Shown: positions 19,749 through 30,467, numbered from the stretch's first letter. The stretch is DNA of 64,000 bases from an uncultured candidate division Zixibacteria bacterium (GCA_963702205.1 OY969724.1:3808001-3872000); one strand, 5' to 3'. The notes: generated by a model from the sequence alone, not told the origin. A program made the numbers and translations.

Positions 19749-20525
19749 ATGAATAAATTGAAACTGTTTTTTATTCGGGGATTGTTCCTCTTATTGCTTT
19801 TGCCGGGTTCAATATCAAACGCGGCAGATAAATTGAGCGAGGATCAAATCCACGCCATTATCAAAGAAGTCGATCAACTGTACCGGGCTAATTCCAGCTA
19901 CAGCAGGATCGAAATGGACATTGTCACGCCCAACTGGGAGAGGACGCTTTCCATGGACGGTTGGTCGGAAGGCACGGAAAAGACCTTTATCCGCATTACT
20001 TCCCCCAAGAAGGAAGATGGCGTCGCGACACTCAGAATCGGCAGCGAGATGTGGAACTATCTGCCCAAAACCGACAAGGTCATCAAGGTCCCGCCCTCGA
20101 TGATGATGAGCTCATGGATGGGATCGGATTTTACCAACGATGACCTCGTAAAAGAATTCTCTTTGTTTAAGGATTATACTTATAACCTGATCGACGTCGA
20201 AGGCGGCACCGACGACAACTACTACATCAACTGCATTCCCAACGAAAACATCCCGGTCGTCTGGAAAAATATATTCTTTTGTGTCCGTAAGGCCGACAAA
20301 ATACCGATCTGGGCCCGCTACTACGACGAAAAAGACCGCCTGATGCGCGTCCTTAATTATTCCGATGTTAAAAAATTCGGCGGCCGGGTCATTCCGGCTA
20401 CGCTCGAAATGATTCCTCAAAACAAAGAAGGCCACAAAACGACCATACGCTACCTTGATATCGAATTTAATGCCAGGCTCGATCCGGAGACGTTTACGTT
20501 GCGCAACCTCCAGGCACACAAATAG
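19749..20525 (+). CDS. LolA-like outer membrane lipoprotein-sorting protein
   Basis: Signal peptide; MWNYLP and SWMGSDFTNDDL motifs; precedes ABC permeases. Confidence 0.8.
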   Translation: MNKLKLFFIRGLFLLLLLPGSISNAADKLSEDQIHAIIKEVDQLYRANSSYSRIEMDIVTPNWERTLSMDGWSEGTEKTFIRITSPKKEDGVATLRIGSEMWNYLPKTDKVIKVPPSMMMSSWMGSDFTNDDLVKEFSLFKDYTYNLIDVEGGTDDNYYINCIPNENIPVVWKNIFFCVRKADKIPIWARYYDEKDRLMRVLNYSDVKKFGGRVIPATLEMIPQNKEGHKTTIRYLDIEFNARLDPETFTLRNLQAHK

Positions 20526-20535
20526 GCAAACACAA

Positions 20536-21753
20536 ATGCTGACGCTTAAAATTGCATTTCGGAATATATTCCGGCAGCGGCGCCGGACCTTCCTGACGGT
20601 CCTGACCATGTTCGGGGGATTCGTCCTGGCGGCTTTTTCCATCGGCTGGGCCGATGGTACCTATAATCATATCATCGACACCTTCACCCGCAACCGGCTC
20701 GGACACATTCAGGTCCACAAAGACAATTATCTCGACCGGCCGACACTTTATAAAACCATCGACAATTACGAAACAGTCCGATCGAAAATCCTCGGAGTCA
20801 GACACGTCCGGGCTTGTACCGCCCGGCTGTACTCCATGGGCCTCGGTTCGGTGGGCGATAAATCCGCCGGGATTCGCATTATCGGCATCGATCCGGAAAT
20901 CGAAAACCAGGCCACGTTTTTCGACAAAAAAATAATAAGAGGCCGACCTTTATCGGAAAAACCGCACAACGAAACCGTCATCGGCAAGGGCCTGGCCAAA
21001 ATTCTCGCGGCCGAACCCGGCGATTCGCTGGTAATAGTTTCGCAGGGAGCCGACGGGTCAATCGCCAACGACATTTATGCCGTAGTCGGGATTATGGAAA
21101 GCGGCGATTTCATGCACGATCAAACCGCCTGCTATCTTCACTTGACCGACGCCCAGAACCTTCTCGTACTTAACAACCGGGTCCACAAACTGGCGGTGAT
21201 CGTCGAAAACCTCAACAGCGTCAAGGCCGCCACGCTCGATATAACCAGAACATTAAACGACAGCACCTTGAGCGTCGCGCCTTGGCAGGAATTCGCAAAA
21301 TCGTTTTATCATGCTATGGAAGCGGACAAAAACGGCAACTGGGTCTCGCTGGGCGTAATAATTCTCATTGTCGCGGTCGGGGTTTTAAATACCGTCCTTA
21401 TGACCGTCCTCGAACGCACCCGCGAGTACGGCGTCCTGAGGGCGATCGGCACCGGTCCCGCTCAGATATTCCGATTGGTGATCTTGGAAGTGTTCATCAT
21501 GGCCATAACCAGTCTGATTATCGGAGGCATCCTCGCGCTCGGCGTAAATTATTATTTCTCACTTCACGGCATTCCTCTTCCGGCGAGCATTGAGTACGGC
21601 GGCGTGCAGTTCAAGGAAGGCTTGACCGAGATTAACGCCCGGAGTTTTTATCTTCCCGGCCTGGCCGTATTATTGTCGGCATTTCTGGTGTCGCTGTTTC
21701 CGGCGCTCAAGGCGGCACATATCGCACCGGCCAAGGCCATGAGGGCCCATTAA
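20536..21753 (+). CDS. ABC transporter permease (LolC/E-FtsX family)
   Basis: AFRNIFRQRRRT, MacB-type periplasmic domain, ERTREYGVLRAIG. Confidence 0.88.
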   Translation: MLTLKIAFRNIFRQRRRTFLTVLTMFGGFVLAAFSIGWADGTYNHIIDTFTRNRLGHIQVHKDNYLDRPTLYKTIDNYETVRSKILGVRHVRACTARLYSMGLGSVGDKSAGIRIIGIDPEIENQATFFDKKIIRGRPLSEKPHNETVIGKGLAKILAAEPGDSLVIVSQGADGSIANDIYAVVGIMESGDFMHDQTACYLHLTDAQNLLVLNNRVHKLAVIVENLNSVKAATLDITRTLNDSTLSVAPWQEFAKSFYHAMEADKNGNWVSLGVIILIVAVGVLNTVLMTVLERTREYGVLRAIGTGPAQIFRLVILEVFIMAITSLIIGGILALGVNYYFSLHGIPLPASIEYGGVQFKEGLTEINARSFYLPGLAVLLSAFLVSLFPALKAAHIAPAKAMRAH

Positions 21754-21765
21754 GGATATTGGACT

Positions 21766-22992
21766 ATGAATAAATTCATCAAACTGGCCTGGCGCAATAT
21801 GCTGCGCAACAAGCGACGGACCTTCATCGCCGGGACTGCCATCGGCATCGGCCTGGCCGCCATGATTTTCACCGACGCCATCATGGTCGGCATGGAGCGA
21901 TACATGATCAATTCGGCAACCAGCTCATTTCTGGGCGACGGGCAAATTCACCACGCCGACTTCCGCCTGACCAACGACGTCAGCCTGACCATCAACAATC
22001 TCGACCGGGTCACCAAAGAACTCAAAAACGACACCCTCGTGGATAAATTCACCGAACGGACGTTAACCTTCGGTATGATCACTTCTCCGGCCAATGTCAG
22101 CGCCGTATCGCTGGTCGGCGTTAACCCTTCGACAGAAAAAAACCTCTCGCGTATCGATGACGCCGTCGATCAGGGCACATATTTTGAAGGCGACAACGAA
22201 CAGGACCTTGTTATTGGATACAGATTAGCTGACCTGCTCGACGTGGAACTTGGCGATAGGATCGTAATAACGGCGGCCCAGGCTCACACCGGCGACCTCG
22301 CCCAGGAGCTTTTCCGCATATCTGGGATCTACAACTTCGGCGATAAATCGATCGACCAGGGCATGGCCTTCATCCGCCTCAAAAAAAGTCAGGACATGCT
22401 CAATCTCGGCCACGGTGTTCACGAAATCGCTATGAAATTGAACAACCAGGACGTCGCGCAGGATAAAACCGCCCCGTTCTGGAAAAAATATTCGACCGAT
22501 GGCAACGAAGCGGTCAGTTGGGTGGTCATCATGCCCGAAATCAAAGCCGTCTTCGAGATGGCCAACTTCCTGATGGTCATATTGGGTCTTATTCTTTTCG
22601 GAGTCGTTTCACTGGGTATCATCAATACCCTGTTCATGTCGCTGCATGAACGAATGTTCGAGTTCGGCGTCATGCGCGCGGTGGGGACCTCACCTTTCGC
22701 GATGGGTCGCCTGATAATTTTCGAAGCCTGCGCTCTCGCCTTGATAAGTATAGTTATCGGGGCCATTATCGGATACGTCGCGACCAGCATTGTCGACATC
22801 ACCGGTATCGACTATTCCGGCATTGAATCGGTCGGTATAACGTATCGAGAACCGCTGTATCCAATATTGCAGGTAAGACAGTTTATTATATATCCTATCG
22901 CTGTTTTTATATTTACGGCCATTATCGGTCTCTACCCCGCCCGTTATGCCGCCAGGATTTCACCGGCCGAGGCCATGCGGAAAGGTCAATGA
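21766..22992 (+). CDS. ABC transporter permease (LolC/E-FtsX family)
   Basis: AWRNMLRNKRRT, ERMFEFGVMRAVG. Confidence 0.88.
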   Translation: MNKFIKLAWRNMLRNKRRTFIAGTAIGIGLAAMIFTDAIMVGMERYMINSATSSFLGDGQIHHADFRLTNDVSLTINNLDRVTKELKNDTLVDKFTERTLTFGMITSPANVSAVSLVGVNPSTEKNLSRIDDAVDQGTYFEGDNEQDLVIGYRLADLLDVELGDRIVITAAQAHTGDLAQELFRISGIYNFGDKSIDQGMAFIRLKKSQDMLNLGHGVHEIAMKLNNQDVAQDKTAPFWKKYSTDGNEAVSWVVIMPEIKAVFEMANFLMVILGLILFGVVSLGIINTLFMSLHERMFEFGVMRAVGTSPFAMGRLIIFEACALALISIVIGAIIGYVATSIVDITGIDYSGIESVGITYREPLYPILQVRQFIIYPIAVFIFTAIIGLYPARYAARISPAEAMRKGQ

Positions 22993-23001
22993 GGAAGCAT
23001 T

Positions 23002-23697
23002 ATGGAAACGAATAATATTATTGAAGTCAAAGGCCTGAAAAAGACCTATCAGGACAACGGCGTCCCGGTCCCGGCCATTCGCGGTATCGACCTGACTATC
23101 AAAGTCGGGGAATTTAGCGCTATCGTGGGACCGTCCGGTTCCGGCAAGACGACGTTCTTGAACCTGATCTCCGGCCTCGATACGGCCACCGAAGGCAATG
23201 TCCGCCTCAACGGGAAACTGATTTCCGCCATGAGCGGCAAGGAGCTTTCCAACTTCCGGCGCGATAATATAGGTTTCATCTTTCAGGCGTACAATTTAAT
23301 CCCGGTCCTGACGGTCGAGGAAAATATCGAATACATCATGCTCCTGCAGAACGTCCCCAAAGATGAACGGCATAAAAGAGTTGCGGAGATGCTGGAGCGG
23401 GTCGGCCTGGCCGGGATGGCCGACCGCCTCCCCAACAAGCTCTCCGGTGGGCAACGTCAGCGCGTGGCCGTGGCACGAGCCATGGTTTCCCGTCCGGCGT
23501 TGATTCTGGCCGATGAGCCAACCGCCAACCTCGACAGCAAAACCGGCGGCGGCCTGCTCGACATGATGCGCGAACTCAACCTCGCCAGCGGCATTACCTA
23601 TGTCTTTTCCACCCACGACGAAAAAATTATGCAGCGAGCAAAAAGATTGATCGTGCTCAAAGACGGTTTGATCGACAGCGATGAGGTAAAACCGTGA
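23002..23697 (+). CDS. ABC transporter ATP-binding protein (LolD-like)
   Basis: GPSGSGKTT, LSGGQRQRVAVARA, ILADEPTANLD. Confidence 0.92.
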   Translation: METNNIIEVKGLKKTYQDNGVPVPAIRGIDLTIKVGEFSAIVGPSGSGKTTFLNLISGLDTATEGNVRLNGKLISAMSGKELSNFRRDNIGFIFQAYNLIPVLTVEENIEYIMLLQNVPKDERHKRVAEMLERVGLAGMADRLPNKLSGGQRQRVAVARAMVSRPALILADEPTANLDSKTGGGLLDMMRELNLASGITYVFSTHDEKIMQRAKRLIVLKDGLIDSDEVKP

Positions 23698-24977
23698 CAT
23701 CGTCACATAGATACATGCCGTTTGCACTTACGATTTTGCTTTTGACCTCCCCCGCTATATGCACCGCCGGCAGTTTTTCAATTGGCGGCTTCTACAAGAG
23801 CTTTTTCACGTCCTATAACCCGCCTAAAATAGACAACCTCGGCAGCTTGAATATAAATACAAGCGATTACGGCATAGTCACCAACAGGCTGCGAATCAAT
23901 GCCGGTTACGGAATCGCCGGAGCCGCACATTTCGATGTATCCTACGATTTTATCCCGCAGGTTCAGGAACAGAATATCATCAATGATTTATTCAGTAGTG
24001 CATCACTTAATAATAATTCTCTCAATTACAGGCTCGATGATCTCGACCGGCGGCTTTATCCTGCGCCGGGTGATTCGGCCGGGAGCTTTACAATTAACCA
24101 GAACCTCGATCGCCTGAGCTTGTCTTTGACACTTCCCCATGCCGATATCATATTGGGCCGTCAGGCAATTGCCTGGGGAACGGCGAGGGTAATCAACCCG
24201 ACCGATGTCATCGCGCCGTACACTTACCAGGAACTCGACACCGAAGACCGCATCGGGGTCGATGCCGCGCGGCTGCGAATCCCGCTCGGGTTTATGGGTG
24301 AAATCGACGCCGGATATATCTTCGGTGAAAAAGCCGAATTCAAAAAAAGCGCCGTTTTCTTGCGCGGGAAGTATTATGTTGCCAAGACCGATATTTCCGC
24401 CCTGGCCGTCGGCTTTCGCGAGAATCTCATGCTCGGCCTCGATATGGCCCGCTCGGTCGGAGGAGCCGGGGTCTGGGCCGAGGGGGCTTACGTATTCGAC
24501 AAAGCCCTGTCCGACAGTCTGCGCAACAGCGCTTATGACTATTTCAGAATATCAGCAGGAAGCGACTACAGTTTTACCGGCAAGCTCTACGGCTTCTTCG
24601 AATATCATTACAACGGGGCCGGGAAATTGAACTCCGATGAATACGGCACACTCGCAACCAACCCGGCTTATACCGAAGGGGCGGTGTATCTGCTCGGTCA
24701 GCACTATTTCACGCCCGGGGCGACCTATCAACTGATGCCGTTGATTACACTGAGCGGCGAAGCTCTATGCAATCTGAACGATCAATCGGTTTTCCTGTCG
24801 CTGCAGGGTGAGTACAATATCGCGGAGAACGTTTATCTTTCCGCCGGGGCCTTTATCGGGCTGGGTGAAAAACCCGCCGTCCAGTACACGGGCGCCTTCC
24901 CGACCGGAGTGCAGACGAGAAGTGAGTTCGGAAGCTACCCCGATATCGTGTTTTCGTCGTTCCGGTTTTATTTCTAA
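23694..24977 (+). CDS. Putative outer-membrane beta-barrel protein
   Basis: Signal peptide, GRQAIAWG motif, amphipathic strands, C-terminal FRFYF. Confidence 0.65.
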   Translation: MTSSHRYMPFALTILLLTSPAICTAGSFSIGGFYKSFFTSYNPPKIDNLGSLNINTSDYGIVTNRLRINAGYGIAGAAHFDVSYDFIPQVQEQNIINDLFSSASLNNNSLNYRLDDLDRRLYPAPGDSAGSFTINQNLDRLSLSLTLPHADIILGRQAIAWGTARVINPTDVIAPYTYQELDTEDRIGVDAARLRIPLGFMGEIDAGYIFGEKAEFKKSAVFLRGKYYVAKTDISALAVGFRENLMLGLDMARSVGGAGVWAEGAYVFDKALSDSLRNSAYDYFRISAGSDYSFTGKLYGFFEYHYNGAGKLNSDEYGTLATNPAYTEGAVYLLGQHYFTPGATYQLMPLITLSGEALCNLNDQSVFLSLQGEYNIAENVYLSAGAFIGLGEKPAVQYTGAFPTGVQTRSEFGSYPDIVFSSFRFYF

Positions 24978-24984
24978 ATTAAAA

Positions 24985-25005
24985 AAGGGGACGAATCGTC
25001 CCCTT
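24985..25005. terminator. Terminator between convergent genes
   Basis: AAGGGGACG-AAT-CGTCCCCTT preceded by an A-tract. Confidence 0.75.
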
Positions 25006-25029
25006 GTATGACGCCCGTTATCAAAAACT

Positions 25030-27147
25030 TCAATTGCAGGTCAAAGCCCCGGCTTTATTGTATATCGAATCGATTACGGCCAGAATATCCAGCAGGTTGA
25101 TGACGCCGTCGGCAATCACGTCGCCGGATAGGTATGGCACCGGGTCCGGACCGCTGGAATAGACGTTTTCGATCAGGTATAATATATCGATCAGGTTGAC
25201 GGCGCTGTCGGCGTTGGCGTCCCCGCACATGAAATTAAGCGTCACCGCTCCGGCCGAAAGAACCGGAGTATAGTCGATCAGCGATGTATAAAACGTCGGC
25301 ACGTGGCTCATGTAGCCGTCGAGTTCGATACTCGCCGTCTGGCTCATCGTGGCCGACGACGGAATCGTGAAAAAGACCGACAGAATCGGCCCGTCGCCGG
25401 GAGCCAGATTGTAATACGTGCCCGATAAATTTTCAATCGTAAAAGTACTGCGCTTGCCCCAGGCGTCGGAGTGAATCTGGCGAACACTGTCCATCGCCGC
25501 CGTCCGGCACCCCGCCGTCGTGAACGAATCCAGCGTCAGCGCCAGCGTCCCGCCATATGCAATCGGAATCTTGATCTTGCGCACCGGGACCGTATTGCAG
25601 GCGCCGATATCGAGACGGATCTTGTCACCCGGATTGCCCTGTATACTGGCGCTTTTCATGGTGTCGGCGAAAGCCACGATCAGGTTGGCGGCGTTATAAG
25701 TGCGAACCTCGGCCCCGGCCGCCACTTCCAGCGTGACGTCGAACATACCCGATTGATTGTACACGTGAACCGGGTTTTGCACGTACGCCGAATCGCCGTC
25801 ACCGAACGACCACGTCCAGGCGTCCACGTCGAGCGTACTCGACCCCGTGAACGACACCTCGAACGGCACGTCGCCGTACGTCGTATCGACTTCGAGCACG
25901 ACGCCTTTGTCCGGCACGATATTGGTCATGGCGTATTCCACCATCGGCGAACAACCGTCCCAGTTGCAGTACAGGTTGTCCATGACATACCATGAATTCT
26001 GGCTCCCTCCCCAGCCGTAATTCATGTGGATGTGAAATTCCATCCCGACTTCGCGCCAGCCGTCGCACACGATCGAATGCGAACTGATCCGGTACTGTAT
26101 CGGGCGCTCGGCGATCATTTCGTTCATAATGAGGTTGGAATAAGCCATCAGGTTATAATTGCTGCGGTCGTGCTCTTCGATTATATCGAGGTAGCGAAAA
26201 TGATCGGGAAATACGTTTTGCACGTCGGCGGTGTACGCCCCCGAGCCGCACCGGCCGTAATCCATGTTAAACGCCACCCCGACCTCATAACACAGTTCGG
26301 CCACCGCCGCCTGTTGTTCGGGCGTACAATTGCTGCACGAATTGAGAATGTTGTCCCAGTCGTACTGGTCGCTGTAATCGACTTCGAGAAGCTGCGAAGC
26401 CGTGCTGCCGTTGCACGAATTGTCGCCGTTCCACATATAGGCGTGCGTTCCGGTACCTTGCAGCGGCCACCGGTAATAGGCCAGAATCTGTGAAGCGGCC
26501 GTCGCTACACAACCGACCACCGTTCTTCCACCGTCGCCGTACGGACAGTCGTTGTTGTACGGTGCATCCTGGTGCCAGAGGGTGGTCAGAAGCGGCCCGT
26601 AATCGGTGACGTCCATAAAGTCTTTCTGCGCCAGAGCCTGCTGAAAATGTTCGTCGTCCTGGAGATAAAAATCCCACATCTGAAGTTCCTCTTCGCAGGT
26701 CCGCGACTGATCGCTCTTGACCGCCTGCACGTAATCGAGCGAGCCGAACAGGCTGATATAGTTCTGCGCCCGGTTGTCCAGAACCTCGCGCACCATCGCC
26801 CCCATCCCCTGATCGGCGTCGAGGTCGAGACGGTAAAGATCCGAATAGGCTTTCACCGGCGGAAGTTCTTTCAGCGTCGGGACAAGCACGTAACCCGACG
26901 GCTCGATTTGATAGTAGCGGGCGACCATAAGACCGCTTTCGTAGATATCCTGCGACAGGGAAATCGACGGATTGTCCGATCCGCCCCAGTCGCCGTTGCG
27001 AACGACCATATAGGTCAGGAAATGTTTGCAGGCGAGCTGCATTTCGTCATTATTGGCTGTCTCGGCCAGGCTGACCGAAAACGCACCGACCAGCAAAGCG
27101 ACAAGCAAAATAATAGATAAAGGCGGTTTGGGGAGGGCTCTGGGCAT
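25030..27147 (-). CDS. C10 (streptopain/SpeB-like) cysteine peptidase + PKD + cohesin-like + dockerin
   Basis: Prodomain; WHQDAPYN, VGCVATA (Cys), HSIVCDGW (His), HMNYGWGG; PKD WSFGDG; dockerin GDANADSAVNLID. Confidence 0.88.
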   Translation of the reverse strand: MPRALPKPPLSIILLVALLVGAFSVSLAETANNDEMQLACKHFLTYMVVRNGDWGGSDNPSISLSQDIYESGLMVARYYQIEPSGYVLVPTLKELPPVKAYSDLYRLDLDADQGMGAMVREVLDNRAQNYISLFGSLDYVQAVKSDQSRTCEEELQMWDFYLQDDEHFQQALAQKDFMDVTDYGPLLTTLWHQDAPYNNDCPYGDGGRTVVGCVATAASQILAYYRWPLQGTGTHAYMWNGDNSCNGSTASQLLEVDYSDQYDWDNILNSCSNCTPEQQAAVAELCYEVGVAFNMDYGRCGSGAYTADVQNVFPDHFRYLDIIEEHDRSNYNLMAYSNLIMNEMIAERPIQYRISSHSIVCDGWREVGMEFHIHMNYGWGGSQNSWYVMDNLYCNWDGCSPMVEYAMTNIVPDKGVVLEVDTTYGDVPFEVSFTGSSTLDVDAWTWSFGDGDSAYVQNPVHVYNQSGMFDVTLEVAAGAEVRTYNAANLIVAFADTMKSASIQGNPGDKIRLDIGACNTVPVRKIKIPIAYGGTLALTLDSFTTAGCRTAAMDSVRQIHSDAWGKRSTFTIENLSGTYYNLAPGDGPILSVFFTIPSSATMSQTASIELDGYMSHVPTFYTSLIDYTPVLSAGAVTLNFMCGDANADSAVNLIDILYLIENVYSSGPDPVPYLSGDVIADGVINLLDILAVIDSIYNKAGALTCN

Positions 27148-27201
27148 GCATACCTCTTTCTTCACGATGGTTCAACACAAGCGGCAATAGGCACTATCGC
27201 C

Positions 27202-27229
27202 AATATAACCCCATACAAATTCTTGTCAA
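27202..27229 (-). promoter_or_regulatory. Sigma70-like promoter TTGACA-N16-TATATT
   Basis: Minus-strand consensus upstream of the C10 gene. Confidence 0.55.
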
Positions 27230-27290
27230 GACTGGATTTAGAGCCTTTGGCTCCATTTCTTCCCGAAGGTCAGGAGCGTGATTTATGTTG

Positions 27291-27530
27291 TGTCAGGTCA
27301 TGCCCATTCTTATGGGTGAAACCTGACGCGGGAAGAGTGGCCCCTCCAAACCTATTTGGAGGTAAGTTGACAAACGGCAATAAACTCATTTTCCACCCCA
27401 AATAAAGTTTGGGGTGGCCACCCAGTCGCCGCCTGTCCGGTCGATCTGAGGGTCGACCCTTCAAAGTTCAGGACAGGCCGGGCACAACGCTCGCGACTTG
27501 GAATTCTTGTAGCTCACCCAACGGGTGAGT
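27291..27530. repeat. REP-like palindrome cluster
   Basis: TGTCAGGT...ACCTGAC (cf. 3548-3590), GGGTGGCCACCC, CCTGTCC...GGACAGG, and GTAG-CTCACCC-AAC-GGGTGAG. Confidence 0.6.
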
Positions 27531-27919
27531 GAGTTTCACTGTGCCACCTCAAATACGCTGACAATTTCACTACCAACCTTGTATTTCATCACCGATTTTC
27601 CACACCAATTTCAATCCCATTTCGGCTCATATAATAAAATGCCGCCATTTAAGTTACCGGGAATTGGCTTTGTCCGTTCACTTTTTTATTTCTTTGAACT
27701 ATCCGCGCCGCGAACAAAGACAAATATTACTCGTTTATTCATCAGTATAGACCTCTGCTATAGACCACCGCACAAAATCAACATTGAGTTGGCAGGGGTG
27801 GTCTTTGCAGGGATAACGACGTATAATATATTTATGTATAATAAGATCGATGTAACATAATTGACAAAACAGGTTATTTAACGCCCCTTTTAGGGAATTT
27901 CGGATTGAGGAGATATTTT

Positions 27920-29971
27920 ATGCTAAACAGAACCTGCGGCCTGGCCGCACTTGTCTTCGTGATGGCCCTGCCCCTGGCAGGCCGTGGATCGGATGAGCCG
28001 TTCGCGTACACACCCGTGGCTCGCGGCATTAATCCCGCCACTTTCGACAGCACTTATAAACCGTGCGACGATTTCTATCATTTTGTCAATGCCAGGTGGC
28101 AGGCCAGCAACCCGGTTCCTCCGGAGTACGGCAGCTGGAGTCTGGGTCACGAGATTTATGAGAACAATAACAAAATTCTCAAACAGATACTCGAAGACGT
28201 CTCGGCCCAATCTCCCGCGCAAGGAACCATGGACCAGAAGATCGGTGATTTTTATTACAGCGCGATGGACTCGGTCGCGATCGAGGCCGCCGGCATCAGT
28301 CCTTTGCACGACCAACTGGCCAAAATCGACGCGATTGCCAATCTGAAAGATCTGGCGGCGGTCATCGGCGGCAACCATGCCGGGGGAAGAAACAGCTTTT
28401 TCGATATCGATGCCGAACAGGACATCACCAATTCCGACCAGGTCATTTTGTATGCAAGCCAGGGCGGCTTGGGCCTGCCCGATCGGGATTACTATACGCG
28501 CGATGATGAGGCGTCAAAAAAGATTCGGGAGCAATACGTGGCGCACGTCGCCCGGATGCTGACATTTCTTGGGATAGATGAGGCCTCCGCGAAAACTCAG
28601 GCCGATGCGGTCATGGGCATAGAAACGAAGCTGGCCAAAGCATCGTTGACCAACGTCGAGAGCCGCGATCCGTCAACCTGGTACAATCTGAAGACCGCGG
28701 TCGAAGCCGACCAATTGACGCCGGAATTTTCGTGGGAAGACTATCTGGCCGCCATCGGTATTCCACAGGTGACGTCGTTCTCGCTGACTCCCGAAAAATT
28801 CTTTGTCGCGTTGAACGATGTGTTCATGGCGTCGTCGTTGGACGATCTCAAAAGCTATTTGCGCTGGCATTTGATAGATGCTTCGGCGTCGTACCTGAAT
28901 GCCGCCATCGTGCAGGCGGACTTCGATTTCTTCGGCACCGTCATGGGCGGTCGCAAAGAACTGCGGCCGCGCTGGAAGCGCGCGCTGGGCAGCGTAAGCC
29001 ATTACATCGGCGAGGGTTTGGGGCAGCTTTACGTGGAAAAGATGTTTCCGCCGCAATCCAAAGAACGGGCGCTGGCGATGGTCAACGATCTTAAGGCGGC
29101 GTTCAAGCAACGTTTGGAGAACCTTACCTGGATGAGCGATGAAACCAAAGCCAGGGCTATTGGGAAACTGGATTCGCTCGGTGAAAAAATCGGATACCCG
29201 GACAAATGGCGTGATTATTCAAAGCTCGAATTCGACCGTGGGAATTACCTCGACAACGTCCGCCGGGGCCGGGCTTTCGAAAGACGGCGCAATCTTAATA
29301 AAATCGGCAAGCCGGTCGACACGACCGAATGGGGTATGAACCCTCAAACCGTTAACGCCTATTACAATCCCCTGAAAAACGAGATTGTCTTCCCGGCCGG
29401 GATTCTGCAGCCGCCGTATTTCGACGGCCAGGCCGACGACGCCGTCAACTACGGTGCGATGGGGGCGATTATCGGACACGAGATGACGCACGGATTCGAC
29501 GACATGGGCAGCAAGTTCGACGCCAAAGGCAACATGGAGGAATGGTGGACGCCGCAAGACCGGGCCAGGTTCGATTCCCTCACGGAACAGATCGTCAAGC
29601 AGTTCGACGCATACAAAGTCGACGACAGTCTGGCGGTCAACGGGAAGCTTACGCTGGGCGAGAACATCGCCGACCTCGGCGGCCTGAACATTGCCTATCA
29701 GGCTTTGCAGATTGCCCGTAAGGGTAAGAAAGACCCGATGATCGACGGGTACACTCAAAACCAGCGGTTCTTCCTCTCGTTTGCTCAGGCCTGGAGAAGC
29801 AATTATACTCCCGAGACTATCACGCTTCAGGTGAACACCGATCCACACTCGCCCGACCAGTTCCGGGTGCTGGGACCGCTGTCCAACATGACGGCTTTCG
29901 AGAAAGCTTTTGGCTGTTCCGACAATGACCCTATGATGCGCCCGCCCGACAAACGGATTGTCATTTGGTAA
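27920..29971 (+). CDS. M13 family metallopeptidase (neprilysin/PepO-like)
   Basis: PCDDFYHF, VNAYY, HEMTH zinc motif, GENIAD, DPHSP; signal peptide; GAGGAG RBS. Confidence 0.93.
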   Translation: MLNRTCGLAALVFVMALPLAGRGSDEPFAYTPVARGINPATFDSTYKPCDDFYHFVNARWQASNPVPPEYGSWSLGHEIYENNNKILKQILEDVSAQSPAQGTMDQKIGDFYYSAMDSVAIEAAGISPLHDQLAKIDAIANLKDLAAVIGGNHAGGRNSFFDIDAEQDITNSDQVILYASQGGLGLPDRDYYTRDDEASKKIREQYVAHVARMLTFLGIDEASAKTQADAVMGIETKLAKASLTNVESRDPSTWYNLKTAVEADQLTPEFSWEDYLAAIGIPQVTSFSLTPEKFFVALNDVFMASSLDDLKSYLRWHLIDASASYLNAAIVQADFDFFGTVMGGRKELRPRWKRALGSVSHYIGEGLGQLYVEKMFPPQSKERALAMVNDLKAAFKQRLENLTWMSDETKARAIGKLDSLGEKIGYPDKWRDYSKLEFDRGNYLDNVRRGRAFERRRNLNKIGKPVDTTEWGMNPQTVNAYYNPLKNEIVFPAGILQPPYFDGQADDAVNYGAMGAIIGHEMTHGFDDMGSKFDAKGNMEEWWTPQDRARFDSLTEQIVKQFDAYKVDDSLAVNGKLTLGENIADLGGLNIAYQALQIARKGKKDPMIDGYTQNQRFFLSFAQAWRSNYTPETITLQVNTDPHSPDQFRVLGPLSNMTAFEKAFGCSDNDPMMRPPDKRIVIW

Positions 29972-30027
29972 TTGGGTTGATTTTATAATGCGATCGATCT
30001 ATTCAGGCGATCAATCGTAAAAATGAT

Positions 30028-30058
30028 AAAGGCCGGGACGTTCACGTTCCCGGCCTTT
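30028..30058 (+). terminator. Intrinsic terminator
   Basis: AAAGGCCGGGA...TCCCGGCCTTT. Confidence 0.75.
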
Positions 30059-30072
30059 ACTGTTTGATCTTG

Positions 30073-30174
30073 GTAGGTCGAAACCCCAGCGGTTTCGACA
30101 TCTTGAGTGCACTACCCATTGGATTTTCTCTATCGCTTCATTCCATTTCTCACACCCTTAAAGGGTGTGTTACC
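30073..30174 (+). repeat. GTAG-REP hairpin plus CACACCC hairpin
   Basis: GTAG-GTCGAAACC-CCAGC-GGTTTCGAC-ATCTT; TCTCACACCCTTAAAGGGTGTGTTACC at 30148-30174 recurs degenerate at 30595-30621. Confidence 0.75.
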
Positions 30175-30223
30175 AGGTTTTGACACGGCTCCTGACCCAC
30201 TATTTCTACCCCAAATCCTCCAA

Positions 30224-30340
30224 AATGTCATTCCCGCGTACGCGGGAATCCAGTTCTTTTCTTAATTCAAATAAAACGCTGACAATGAAAGTGCATGCGA
30301 TAATCTAATCCTGGATACCCGCTTTCGCGGGTATGACATT
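30224..30340. repeat. Inverted pair of dRS3-like ATTCCC-N8-GGGAAT palindromes
   Basis: TGTCATTCCCGCGTACGCGGGAATCCAG (30226-53) and CTGGATACCCGCTTTCGCGGGTATGACA (30311-38). Confidence 0.8.
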
Positions 30341-30379
30341 GATCGAGTTTAATTGCTTAATCCGAGTCTAAGTAACCTT

Positions 30380-30467
30380 GTAGGTCGAAACTGCGGTTTC
30401 GACATCTTAATTGCACCACTCATACGAATTTCCAAAACCCGACATAGAATGTCAGGCCATCCCGACC
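30380..30467 (+). repeat. About 90-bp REPIN-like unit, copy 1
   Basis: GTAGGTCGAAAC...GTTTCGACATCTTAATTGCA.CACTCATACGAATTT..AAAACCCG.CATAGAATGTC; near-identical copy at 31543-31633. Confidence 0.85.

Noticed and set aside
27525..27860. 111-aa plus-strand ORF
   Set aside because: Starts inside a REP hairpin, no RBS or motif, AT-rich intergenic character.
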